Below, piece after piece: positions 1 through 9,485 of a stretch of 64,000 nucleotides of DNA. The DNA lies in contig OZ251239.1 in the NCBI GenBank assembly GCA_965240325.2, positions 1,178,001 to 1,242,000 on the forward strand, in the 5' to 3' direction. A program made the position numbers and the translations under genes. Source of the DNA: Rebecca billardiae RCC1528 (taxonomy: Eukaryota; Protista; Haptophyta). The notes under the pieces are model-generated. The model made no database searches. It saw nothing but the letters and a program-made list of their open reading frames with translations, and was not told where the DNA came from. Position 1 is the stretch's first letter, and every line of letters starts with the position of its first letter.

Positions 1-295
1 GGAGAGCGCGAGGCCGCGCAGCTCGGGCGGGCCGTCGAGGACGACGAGCTCGTGCGCGCCGCACGGCCGAGCCCCTGCCCACGCCGCCAGGGCGAGGGCG
101 ATCACGTGGGCGCCGCGCCCACGCCCGCTCATCCCTTGCTTCGTCGCGATTCTGCGCTAACTGGCGCGCACGAGCACAGCAAATTCGTGGGATGAATCGA
201 GATCCACAGCAACGACTTCTTTTTTAAAGCGGCCGTTAGCGTGTCCAGCGGCCAGATTAATTTTCGAAAAATTACTATGCGCTGCGCGCGCGCCC

Positions 296-3069
296 CTAGA
301 GGGCGGCGCGCGCGCGCGGCTGGTCCCCCCTGCATGCCCGCACCGTCAGCTGCCTGATTGCCGCTACCCAGCCCCGCTGCCGTCGCGCGCGACATCCGCG
401 CCGTAAATAATCACCGTCACCGAGCGGCCCGAGCGCGCCGCCATCAATTTGCCTCTTGAGTGCCGAAAACTCCTTCTCCGAAAGCCCAGCCTCCTCGCGC
501 AGGAGCTTGCGCGCCGTGATGCACTCCGCGATCAGGTCGATCGCGTCGGTCTCCGCCCTGCGCTGCCATTCGCGCTGCCGCTTGGCGTACTTCTTCAGCC
601 AGAGCCGCGGCACCTTGACCTTGTCGCCGAACTCCTCTGCCCACGTCGCAAGCGACACGCGGCGCACGAGCTGCGCGACCGTCGAGATGTGCGGCTCCGC
701 CGTCGACTTCTTCCCCTCGGCGTACTCGCGGACGAATGAGTTGAGTGACTTGCGCGCGTGCACGAGCGGCATCGCACGCTTGGTCACCTGCACGAAATGC
801 CCCTGCACCTGCTCGTCCGCGAGCTGCACGAGGCGCCCCCGCCGCCTGAGGCGAGACGCCGTCTGCGCCCGCCTCCGTGACCGCCCAGACGTTGAAGCGG
901 AGCGGTGGGACGTTGTGCGAGCCCTGGCCGGCGAGGCTGGCGAGCCTGACGTAAGCGCCGGTGTACGCCACGATGGCCTTCTGCTCCTCCGCGTAGTCGG
1001 CCGCCTCGGCGCCGCCGCCAAAACCGCCGCCGGCCGCGCTGCCGCCTGCCGAGGCAGTGCTGCCACCGAGGCCGCGCTGCTGCGCGCCGCCGCCGGCCGC
1101 GCCGCCGCCGGCCGCGCCGCCACCAGCCGCACCACCACCCGCACTGTCAGCCGCGCCGCTGGCCGCGCCACATGCCGCGCCACCGGCCGCGCGGACGCCA
1201 GCACCGGCTGTGCCGCCAGCCACGCCGCTGCCACTGCCGGCCGCGCCGCCCACGCCGCCGCCCGCGCCCGCGCCCGCGTTGCCAGCCGCGCCCCCGGCCG
1301 CGCCGCCGGCCGCGCCGCCGGCCGCGCCGCCGGCCGCGCCACCAGCCGCGCGGACGCCAGCGCCAGCGGTGCCGCCAGCCACGCAGCTGCCGCTGCTGCT
1401 GCCACCAGTGCTGCTGCTGCCGCCCGTACCGGCCGCGCAGCCGCCGGCCGCGCCACCGCCGGCCGCGCCGCCGCCGGCCGCGCGATCGCCAGCGCTGTCA
1501 GCCGCGCCGCTGTCCGCGCCGCCGGCAGCACCTCCGGCCGCGCCTCCAGCCGCGCGGACGCCAACGCCAGCTGTGCCGCCAGCCACGCCACTGCAGCTGC
1601 CGCCCGCGCCGCCCGCGCCGCCGCCAGCACCCGCGCCCGCGTTGCCAGCCGCGCCGCCGGCCGCGTCCGGCCCCGTCGCCGGGCGCACCGCCGCCTGGCG
1701 CGCAGTTGTCGGGCGTGCCGCCGTCGGGCGCGCCGCCACCGGGCGCGCCATCGCCCGCGCTGTCAGCCGCGCCGCCGGCCACGCCGCAGGCCGCGCCACC
1801 GGCCGCGCGGACGCCAACGCCGGCTGTGCCGCCAGCCACGCCGCTGTCGCTGCAGCTGCCGCCGCCGCCGCTGCTGCCGGCCGCGCCGGCCGCGCGCGGC
1901 CGTGCCGCCGCCGGCCGCGCCGCCGCCGGCAGTGCCGCCGCCGGCCGCGCCACCGCCCGCGCTGTCAGCCGCGCCGCTGGCCGCGCCACCGGCCGCGCCA
2001 CCGGCCGCACGGACGCCAGCGCCGACTGTGCCGCCAGCCACGCCGCTGCCGCTGCCGCTCGCGCCGGCCGCGCCGCCGCCCGTGCCCGCGGACGCGCCCG
2101 CGTTGCCAGCCGCGCCGCCCGCCGCGCCGCCGGCCGCGCCGCCGACCACGCCACCGGCCGCGCGGACTCCAGCGCCGGCGGCACCGCCAGCTACGCCGCT
2201 ACCGCTGCCGCTGCCGCTGCCGCCGCTGCCGCCGGCCGCGCCGCCGGCCGCGTCGCCGGCCGCGCCGCCTGCCGCGCCGCCAGCCGCGCCGCCCTGCCGC
2301 GCTGGCCACGTGCAGCGGCGGCAGCTGGCGGCGCCGGTCGCGGTGGGAGCCGGCCGCTCCGGAGCACGTCATTGATCCCGTCGGCGTGCGCACTCCATAG
2401 CTCGGGCATGTCCGAGTCCGGCCGCTCCGAGATGGCGATCGCCTCCGACGACGCGAGCGCAACACCCTCATCGTTGCGCACGATGGCGATCGTGGCCGCG
2501 CGCGAGTGCGCTGCGTTTGGCCCGTGTCCGCCGAGAGGAGGAGGACATGCGGCTGCCCGCGCGGGCGCGCGGACTTGCCGTAGCGCTCCAAGCGGTCCAG
2601 CACGGCGCCCACGGCCTGCGCCCACGGCCGCGCCGCCGACTCGCTGCCGATCATCATCACGCCCGCGCCCGCGTGCTCGCGATTGCGCAGCGCGCTCTCA
2701 CGTGAGCCAGCCACCGGCGGCGGGATCGGGTGGCGCATGCCCAGGTTGAGCCACGTCGAGATCTCTCGGGCTGGCGCGAGCCCACGATGCGCAGTGTGCG
2801 GTCCTTCTCGCGCGCCTAGTGCACGACGCCCTCGTCGTCGAGCGAGTGAAGGCAGGCAAGCCCGAGCGCGTCTCACTTGAAGAGCAGCAGCTTGGCTACA
2901 CGCAGCAGGTTGTTCTTCTTCCGCTCGGCCTTGATGGCGACGAGGCTGTTGACGCTGCGCTTGACCTCCGCCGGGTAGTTCTCGTTCGGCATGATCGAGT
3001 GGTCCACCTCGCTCCCCGCCTCGCGCGCGCTGACAGCTTGAGCATCTCGTGCGGCAGCGCCGCGGCCAT
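296..3069 (-). pseudogene. Spliced or frameshifted cargo gene of the CACAG element: N-terminal segment, long Gly/Ala repeat, helical C-terminal domain
   Basis: Protein-like segments lie in different minus frames: EVDHSIMPNENYPAEVKRSVNSLVAIKAERKKNNLL (~2880-3020), ATIAIVRNDEGVALASSEAIAISERPDSDMPELWS (~2390-2500), DYAEEQKAIVAYTGAYVRLASL (~930-1000), TVAQLVRRVSLATWAEEFGDKVKVPRLWLKKY...SEKEFSALKRQI (~440-690). Boundaries approximate. Confidence 0.45.
1030..2290. repeat. GC-rich imperfect tandem repeat, about 6 units of ~150-250 bp
   Basis: Motif GCGGACGCCA...GTGCCGCCAGCCACGC recurs at about 1191, 1350, 1554, 1807 and 2010, with a diverged copy at 2162, among GCCGCGCC runs. It reads GVAGGTAGAGVRAAGGAA on the minus strand. 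Confidence 0.85.
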
Positions 3070-4090
3070 GCGCAGCCGCGCAGATGCGGCAGAGACCTGG
3101 CGCCCGATGCGTTAGGCACCTTTGCGATACAGCTTGGACTTCCTAGGCTTCGCGCAGGAACGCTTGCCCTTGCCCACGGTGAGCACAGCCGTCGTCATTG
3201 CTGCGCGCGGCGAGCGCGGTGCGGCGCGGCCGGGCCGGCCGTAGCCGCCGCAAGTTAGTCTGATGCAAATTCCCGGTCACCCATGCAAAAGTAAGCGTTC
3301 CCGCTGCGCATGTGCGTGCATCACGAGTAACCCGCCGCCTGAATAACAACTCCGCGCCCCTCCATACACTTCCTGCATCCCCGCGCGCGGCGGCGTGCGG
3401 GCGGGCGCGAATTCGCACCGTGTCACGAACAGACCTAGCAAAGTAGATCGGCGTGGCGCGTCGGGACGCGGAGCGGGTGCGGGGCAGGCGGGGGATAGGT
3501 TGGGGAACACTCGCGATTAGAGCACCGGTGGCGCAGCGGCGACGTGGACGCCGCCACACGCGCACGCACGGCGCACGCGCGCACCGCGAGTCGAACGTCG
3601 GCCGCCAAGCCCTCCGACGGCGTCCGTGCGACGCCGAGCGGACGAACGCTCTCGGGATTTGGCCCGGACCACCAGATTCAGCCGTTAACGGCCGAAAATC
3701 AATTTGTTGGAGTTTCCTTAACGGCCGCTTTAAAAAAGAAATCGTTGCTGTGTCACGTATTATATCTCCGACCACGTTTCTGTGCAATTTGATAGCTCAA
3801 CCAAAGGAATCAATCAACCGATAAGCGCTCGCCCATACGACGTTATATCCCTCGGAGCAATCACGCCTCAACGGGGTCGTAGTCTCGACCGTACAGTATT
3901 GTTGGAAACGGCGCGAATGATCGCGGGTGTATACTTGCGCCAGCTGCGTCCTACTATGGTCTTTTCATATTACGATAGGATTATTGTTGCATTTCTACCC
4001 GCTCGGGGAGCACCATTTTTGGGATGGCACCCGTCCGCCCGGCTCAGGCAAAGAATCCGGGTACAAGTATCCAAGAACGACATCCACACG

Positions 4091-5089
4091 ATGGGGGCGC
4101 CGCGTGCACTCGTGCTGCTCGGGCTCGCGGCGGTGGAATGCACGCCCGGGCAGCGCGCCTCCGCGTTTGAGCCGGAGTGCACCGACCAGGCGCCCGAGTG
4201 CGCCGCGTGGGCGTCGCGCGGCGAGTGCGACGCCAACGCCAAGTACATGAAGGTGCAGTGCGCCGCCTCGTGCCGCTCGTGCGAGTGGGCCGACCCGAAG
4301 CGCCGCTGCGCGCTCGACCCGGACGCGATCTCGGCCGTGGCGCCCGGCGACATCGAGGCGATGTTCACACGTGCGGCCACCAGCCCCGACTTCGCCGCGT
4401 ACGAGCCGCGCGTCCTCTCGCGCGACCCGTGGGTGCTCGTGCTCGACCGGTTCCTGAGCGAGGCCGAGGCGGACGCGATCGTCGCCGTGGCGAACCGCGA
4501 GGGCGGGCGGCATTTCGGCACGTCGCAGGACACGCGGCGGGCGGACACGTCCGAGACGTCCGATCGGCGCACCTCCTCCACGCAGTGGTGCGCCGCCGCC
4601 GGCTGCGCCAACGAGAGCGCGGTCGTGGCGATGCGCGCGCGCGTCGAGGCGATCACCGGCGTCCCGCAGACGAACAGCGAGCCGCCGCAGCTGCTGCGCT
4701 ACTTCCCGGGCGAGTCGTACGCGCTGCACCACGACTACATCGCGGTGCAGCGCGAGCTGCCGTGCGGCGTGCGCGTGTACACCGCCTTCGTCTACCTCTC
4801 CGACGTCGAGGCGGGCGGCACCACCGACTTCCCCCAGATTGCAATCTCGGTGGCGCCGCGCAAGGGCCGGCTGCTGCTGTGGCCGTCGACGCTCTCCGAG
4901 CGGCCCGACGCGATGGACGTGCGCACGCTGCACCGCGCCGCGCCGGTCGAGCGCGGCGTCAAGTACTCGGCCAACATCTGGGTGCACAGCCACGACTTCA
5001 TGAGCGCGGCCGCGCGCGCGTGCGTCGGCGGCGTGCCCTCGCCGCCGCCGAGCGTCAGCGCGGAGCCGGAGGCTGCTGCCGAGTCATAG
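4091..5089 (+). CDS. Prolyl 4-hydroxylase (2OG-Fe(II) dioxygenase) with signal peptide and N-terminal ShK domain
   Basis: Signal-like MGAPRALVLLGLAAVEC; six-Cys ShK pattern CTDQAPECAAWASRGECDANAKYMKVQCAASCRSC; RRTSS; iron ligands HHDY and distal H in TLHRAAPV; GVKYSANIWVH. Confidence 0.92.
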   Translation: MGAPRALVLLGLAAVECTPGQRASAFEPECTDQAPECAAWASRGECDANAKYMKVQCAASCRSCEWADPKRRCALDPDAISAVAPGDIEAMFTRAATSPDFAAYEPRVLSRDPWVLVLDRFLSEAEADAIVAVANREGGRHFGTSQDTRRADTSETSDRRTSSTQWCAAAGCANESAVVAMRARVEAITGVPQTNSEPPQLLRYFPGESYALHHDYIAVQRELPCGVRVYTAFVYLSDVEAGGTTDFPQIAISVAPRKGRLLLWPSTLSERPDAMDVRTLHRAAPVERGVKYSANIWVHSHDFMSAAARACVGGVPSPPPSVSAEPEAAAES

Positions 5090-5159
5090 CAGCAGCGCAA
5101 TAACGATCGTATCATAGCAGGATATTACTATAGTGATGATGAGACCTAAAGGGTCATTT

Positions 5160-7010
5160 CACTATAACTGTCAGGCCCACGGCCCGCACGTGCGCGTGAG
5201 CCGCGCGTTGGCGACAGTTGCCAGTTCGGCAGTTGGCCAGCCCGCGACAGCGGGTCCGGTGAGGGGCTCCGGCTTCGGTTGACCCCTGCCAGTCCGGTCA
5301 TAGAAACCGGGCGTACCGAAAATGAAAACGACCTTCGCGAGGTCGCACGGAGGCGGTCGAAGGCTTGCTGGACTCGGGTTGGCGAGCTGAGCGCGAATCC
5401 GCACCGTTTGCCGCGATCGCTTGTTTTTACACGGCGCCAGAGCCCGATTTTCACCATTTCTACTGGGAGTCCGGGTACTTTTATTGGCCTTTTGCCCACT
5501 ATGGTGGTGCGGGCGCGGGTCGCGTTGGACGTGCCCATCGTGTTCGACACCGACGTCTCGGACGAACAGCTGGGAGGTAATCTTGGCGACCGCGATGCCG
5601 AGCACCTCTTTGCGGTCGCGCGTGACCTGGAGATCGTGCACACGGTGTCTGACACGACCTCGTCAGTGCACCACGGTCGGTGCAAGCCTCTCTGCACGTT
5701 GCGCCGTCTCCGGACCTCTGCAATCAGATCAAGGTGAACATGTCGAGGACGCACAACACGATGGAGCGGATGCTTTTCCATCTCGTCGTCGATATGCTCA
5801 GGCCTCTCTGTCTGGACGAGTACTTTGTGATCCTTACGCGCTCGACACTGCAAGTCGCGACGAGGGCGACTCACGAGCCCGAGACAAGCAGCAAGCGGCA
5901 GAAGGAGGCGGACGGGCAGTGGTGGACGATGGGGGGGCGAGTCTGATTTCAAGCGATACGCGCGCATGGATCTTGACCGGCGCTCGCGCGAGCTGGGCAC
6001 CGGCGAGATCGAGAGCGACACGATCGTCCGCGGCGTTGTCGTGCTCACGCCCGTGCAACCGATCACGCCTGACTTTCAGCGGCGCCCCAGCACGCGGCAC
6101 GAGGCGGAGGCACGCGGCAGCGGCGGCGGAGCGGCCGCGTCTGGCGGTGTACCAGCTGAGAGAAGAGCGCGGCACAATGCTATGCGCGCGCAGCTGACCA
6201 ACCAGAGCGCGCTCGCAAGTGCGGGGCGGTGAGCTGCCGTGAGGCGTGACATGGTCATGGCGTGCGTATCACGTCGATGCATGAATGGAATACAAGTTCC
6301 GTCAGAAATACCCGCGTCAATATGCATTTACCCATGTTTCGGATTTCGGTCAGATTTCTGTATGTGTCACTTATAAAAATTGAGCCTGAAACATATTGGG
6401 AGGTGGGTGTATGCTCAATGTCGCTTTGAAGTCATCAATCCGGGGTCGGGAGGGACCCGGCTATATAGTATATGGTCCGCTCGAGTGACTTCGACTCGGT
6501 TCTCAGAATGCCCGCCACTGGCAGGGGTCAACCGAATCCGGAGCCGAGGGTCGTCGTCCCCAGCCGCTCCGACGCTCTCTTGGGGTCCGCGCGGGCACTA
6601 CTCAGCACCCTATATATATATATAAGACTACGAACCCATATATCCTACTCGTCCACGGCGCCGGCCTCGCCGCGTTGAATGTTACAACAGATTGTGATTC
6701 GAGCCCCGTGCACTGGCCGCGGCACTCGCACTGACAGCGGTCCAGCGGCGCCCTGTGGGCAAGCGAGCCAAGAGGCGCAGCGAGTCCGGTGCGGCTGTAG
6801 TACAGGCCGAGCGCGACCCGCTGCTAGTCCCAGCCGCGCACGCGCCGCGCCGCTGGCGCCGGGCTCGCCCGGGGGAGAAGGCGCCGCTGCATTGCTCCTT
6901 CTGCCATCACGCGATCCGCCGGCAGGAAGACCCGGTGACTTGCGCCCAGTTTTGACAAAAACGATGGATTTTCAACTCCGCGCGCCCTGGGTAACCTGAC
7001 AGTTATAGTG
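5160..7010. mobile_element. Outer MITE-like element with 16-bp perfect TIR CACTATAACTGTCAGG, hosting a nested insertion
   Basis: 5160-5175 is the exact reverse complement of 6995-7010. AAGGG/CCCTT also match 6 nt further out (5149-5153, 7017-7021). No exact TSD found. Confidence 0.55.
5265..6545. mobile_element. Inner TIR element (29-bp TIR, 4-bp GAGG TSD) with a fragmented plus-strand ORF
   Basis: 5265-5293 GGCTCCGGCTTCGGTTGACCCCTGCCAGT matches the reverse complement of 6517-6545 with 1 mismatch. GAGG flanks both ends (5261-5264, 6546-6549). Coding-like segments at 5501-6232 (MVVRARVALDVPIVFDTD..., IKVNMSRTHNTMERMLFHL..., MDLDRRSRELGTGEI...). Confidence 0.75.
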
Positions 7011-7567
7011 GCCCGGCCCTTCAGTACACGGGGCCGGCTACTGACGAGTGCGCTACCATCGAGGCGACGGCCTTCATGCAAGGGCCGTAACTTCATGGGC
7101 GGTGACAGCCTTGGCGGGCGTCAATCTCGCCTGCCTGAGCTGTGTGCGTCTCTTATCATAATATTCTTATATTATAGTAAACTGAATGTTATTATTATAA
7201 ACTGTAGCAGACGAGGAGCAGTCGTATCCGCGTATCGTCGCGCGGTAAATTCTGCTGCTGACGACGCGGCGGGTATAGTTGACGGTGGTGCTGTGACCGC
7301 CGGTTATATATATATATAGGCTATTATTATTATATATACGGGTGCATGTGAGTCATCCGGTATATCATAGTCGCGTATATATATATATACTTCGTCTAGC
7401 CCTACTAGGAGTAGCGCACTGCTGCTGACTGCGGCATGCATCATCACGGCACCCTAAACGTCGTCCGGACAGATGACCGCGGCCGACGACCGCGCCAGCA
7501 GTCGATCGATCTGCGGCTGATGACGGCGGCACAGCACTCAGCAGCAGCATCCGATTCACATTACGAT

Positions 7568-7571
<4 letters not shown>

Positions 7572-7625
<54 letters not shown>
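7572..7625. repeat. (TA)n microsatellite
   Basis: About 27 uninterrupted AT units. Confidence 0.98.
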
Positions 7626-7629
<4 letters not shown>

Positions 7630-7907
7630 ATATCTGCGATCTCCTCAGCACCACCGCCCTCGCCACCCGCAGGCGGGCCGCGCCACGAGCAGCGCGAGCT
7701 CGGGCGGCGGCTGGGTGGGCTGCTCCGACTGCACACCGCGGCACACGAGCCTCAGCCTCGCTATGCTTGGGCTGTACGCGCGCGTGGGCTGCGTGGGCCG
7801 CCTGGCAGCCCACCGCAGCCCACTCGGCGCGAGGAAGGCGGCGGCGAGCACTCGCACGCCGCTCACTCCCAAGCCTGCGCAGCCAGCATCCACCAAGGGC
7901 CGTTCGC

Positions 7908-9340
7908 TCAGCGCGGCCCACAGCGCAGGGGCGGCAGCTGCGCCACGTGCTGCGTTGTTGGCTGCACTCCGCCATTGTCGCCCACGCCCAGGCCGAGCGC
8001 GCCCGATTGCATGCCGCACGCGTGCACGCCGCCATCCACTGTGACGTAGAAGGCGTGGCATACGCCGAGCGAGCAGTCGACCACGCGCGCATGCGCGAGG
8101 CCCTCCACCCGCTCGGGCAATGTGCGACTCACTCGGTCCCCCAGCCCCAGCTGGCCCCAGTTGTTGTACCCAAACGTGTGCACGCTGCCATCCGAGCACA
8201 CCACCGCGCTGGCATGAGCACCTGCGCTGGCGCGCACGGCACGCGCGCCGCCCAGTGCTTCGATGCGCGTGGGCACCAGCAAGCGATCCGCCTCGTCACC
8301 GTAGCCACGCGCGCCAACACCATCATTGGCTCCAAAGGAGTGCACGCCGCCCGCTACGTCCACAACCAAGTTGTGAACACCACCGGCGCTCACGTGCACG
8401 GCGCGCACGCCCGCGAGCGCCGCGATGCGCCGCGGCGTGCGCTGCCGCTGCTCGTCGCCGTGGCCAAGCCGGCCATGCTGGCCATACCCGCACGAGTACA
8501 CGGCACCACACGCCGAGAGCAGCAGCGTGTGCACACCGCCCGCGGCCACGGCGCCCACGCGCACGCCGTCCAGCGCCTCGATGCGCACAGGCTCCAGCCG
8601 GTCCTCACTGTCGCCGTGGCCGAGCTGGCCCCAGTGGTTGGAGCCCCAGCTGAACGCCGCGCCCGCAGACGTCTGCGCGAGGCTGTGACGGAAACCGGCG
8701 CCCATGCCGACGACGAGCTCCGCACCCAGCGCCGCCACCTGCACGAACGCCCGTCGCTCAGCCTTGTCGCCCACGCCCAGCTGGCCGTACTCGTTGTTGC
8801 CGCACGCGTACATGACGCCCGCCTCGCTCAGCGCGAGCAGGTGACCACCCCCGGCAGCCACTGCACGCACGCGCACCGCCTCCAGCGAGCCCACGCGCGT
8901 CGGCACGAGCACGGGCGTCTCCCAGCTGAGGTCGGGATGGCCCAACGGCAAGCCGCACGTGTGCACGCCGCCGTCCGCGTCTACAAACGCGCTGAGCGCG
9001 CCGTCAGGGAATCCACCAGAGGCTGCAATCAGCGTGTGCTCGTGTGCGAGCTCGAGATACCCTCGCGCGCGAGCAGCTCCTCCGCCCACGTGGACACACC
9101 ACCGGGAAGGGACGCTGGCAGCGCGGCCTCGTGCCTGCGCTCGCGCGCGCGCTCGCGTAGCGCGTGCTCGAGCGGCGCGCCGCGGAAGAGGCGCGCGGCG
9201 GCGTTGGCGGCGGCGAGGTCACGCGTTCCATCGAGGTGGACGATGATGCGCGCGACGAGCTCGGGCGGCAGGTCGGTGAGCCGCACGGCCGCCGCTGCCG
9301 AGCGCGCATTATTGGCACGCGCCCGCGTCGTCGGTGTCAT
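7908..9340 (-). CDS. F-box plus RCC1-repeat beta-propeller protein with an apparent 1-bp frameshift near 9060
   Basis: F-box-like RLTDLPPELVARIIVHLD (~9230-9285). About six RCC1 repeats (e.g. VAAGGGHLLALSEAGVMYACGNNEYGQLGVG, SWGSNHWGQLGHG, SCGYGQHGRLGHG, TFGYNNWGQLGLG). The two parts differ by one frame at GAG GG TAT. Start could also be 9388 or 9487. Confidence 0.8.
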
Positions 9341-9485
9341 TTCCTCGGGCGCGGCCGACGAACGTTGGCCGCGTTCGGAGAAGTCCATCACCGATTCACC
9401 TTGGTCAGCGCCCGGAGCGGCCGAGGATGGCCAACCGTCATCCCTCGTATCGCGCGCGGGCGCCCCGCCGCGACGAGGGCGGAGC

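Larger units (their letters stand above)
205..3752. mobile_element. Non-autonomous TIR DNA transposon, CMC/EnSpm-like (CACAG...CTGTG ends, 34-bp TIR, 2-bp TC TSD), carrying a cargo gene
   Basis: 205-238 CACAGCAACGACTTCTTTTTTAAAGCGGCCGTTA is the reverse complement of 3719-3752 with 1 mismatch. TC lies immediately outside both ends (203-204, 3753-3754). CAC ends with a 2-3-bp TSD fit the CMC superfamily, but a 2-bp match is weak alone. Confidence 0.75.

Noticed and set aside
456-2749. Plus-strand Pro/Ala-rich (extensin-like) or Arg-rich ORFs next to a prolyl hydroxylase
   Set aside because: Shadow frames of a GC repeat; the flanking protein-like sequence is on the minus strand and the region lies within a transposon.
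5160-5175. CACTAT end resembling the ProtoRAG/Transib RSS heptamer
   Set aside because: No 5-bp TSD, no nonamer-like element and no RAG/Transib ORF.
7767-9485. N-terminal ~570 aa of the 1486-aa plus-strand ORF
   Set aside because: Antisense shadow of the F-box-RCC1 gene; stops are rare at this GC content.
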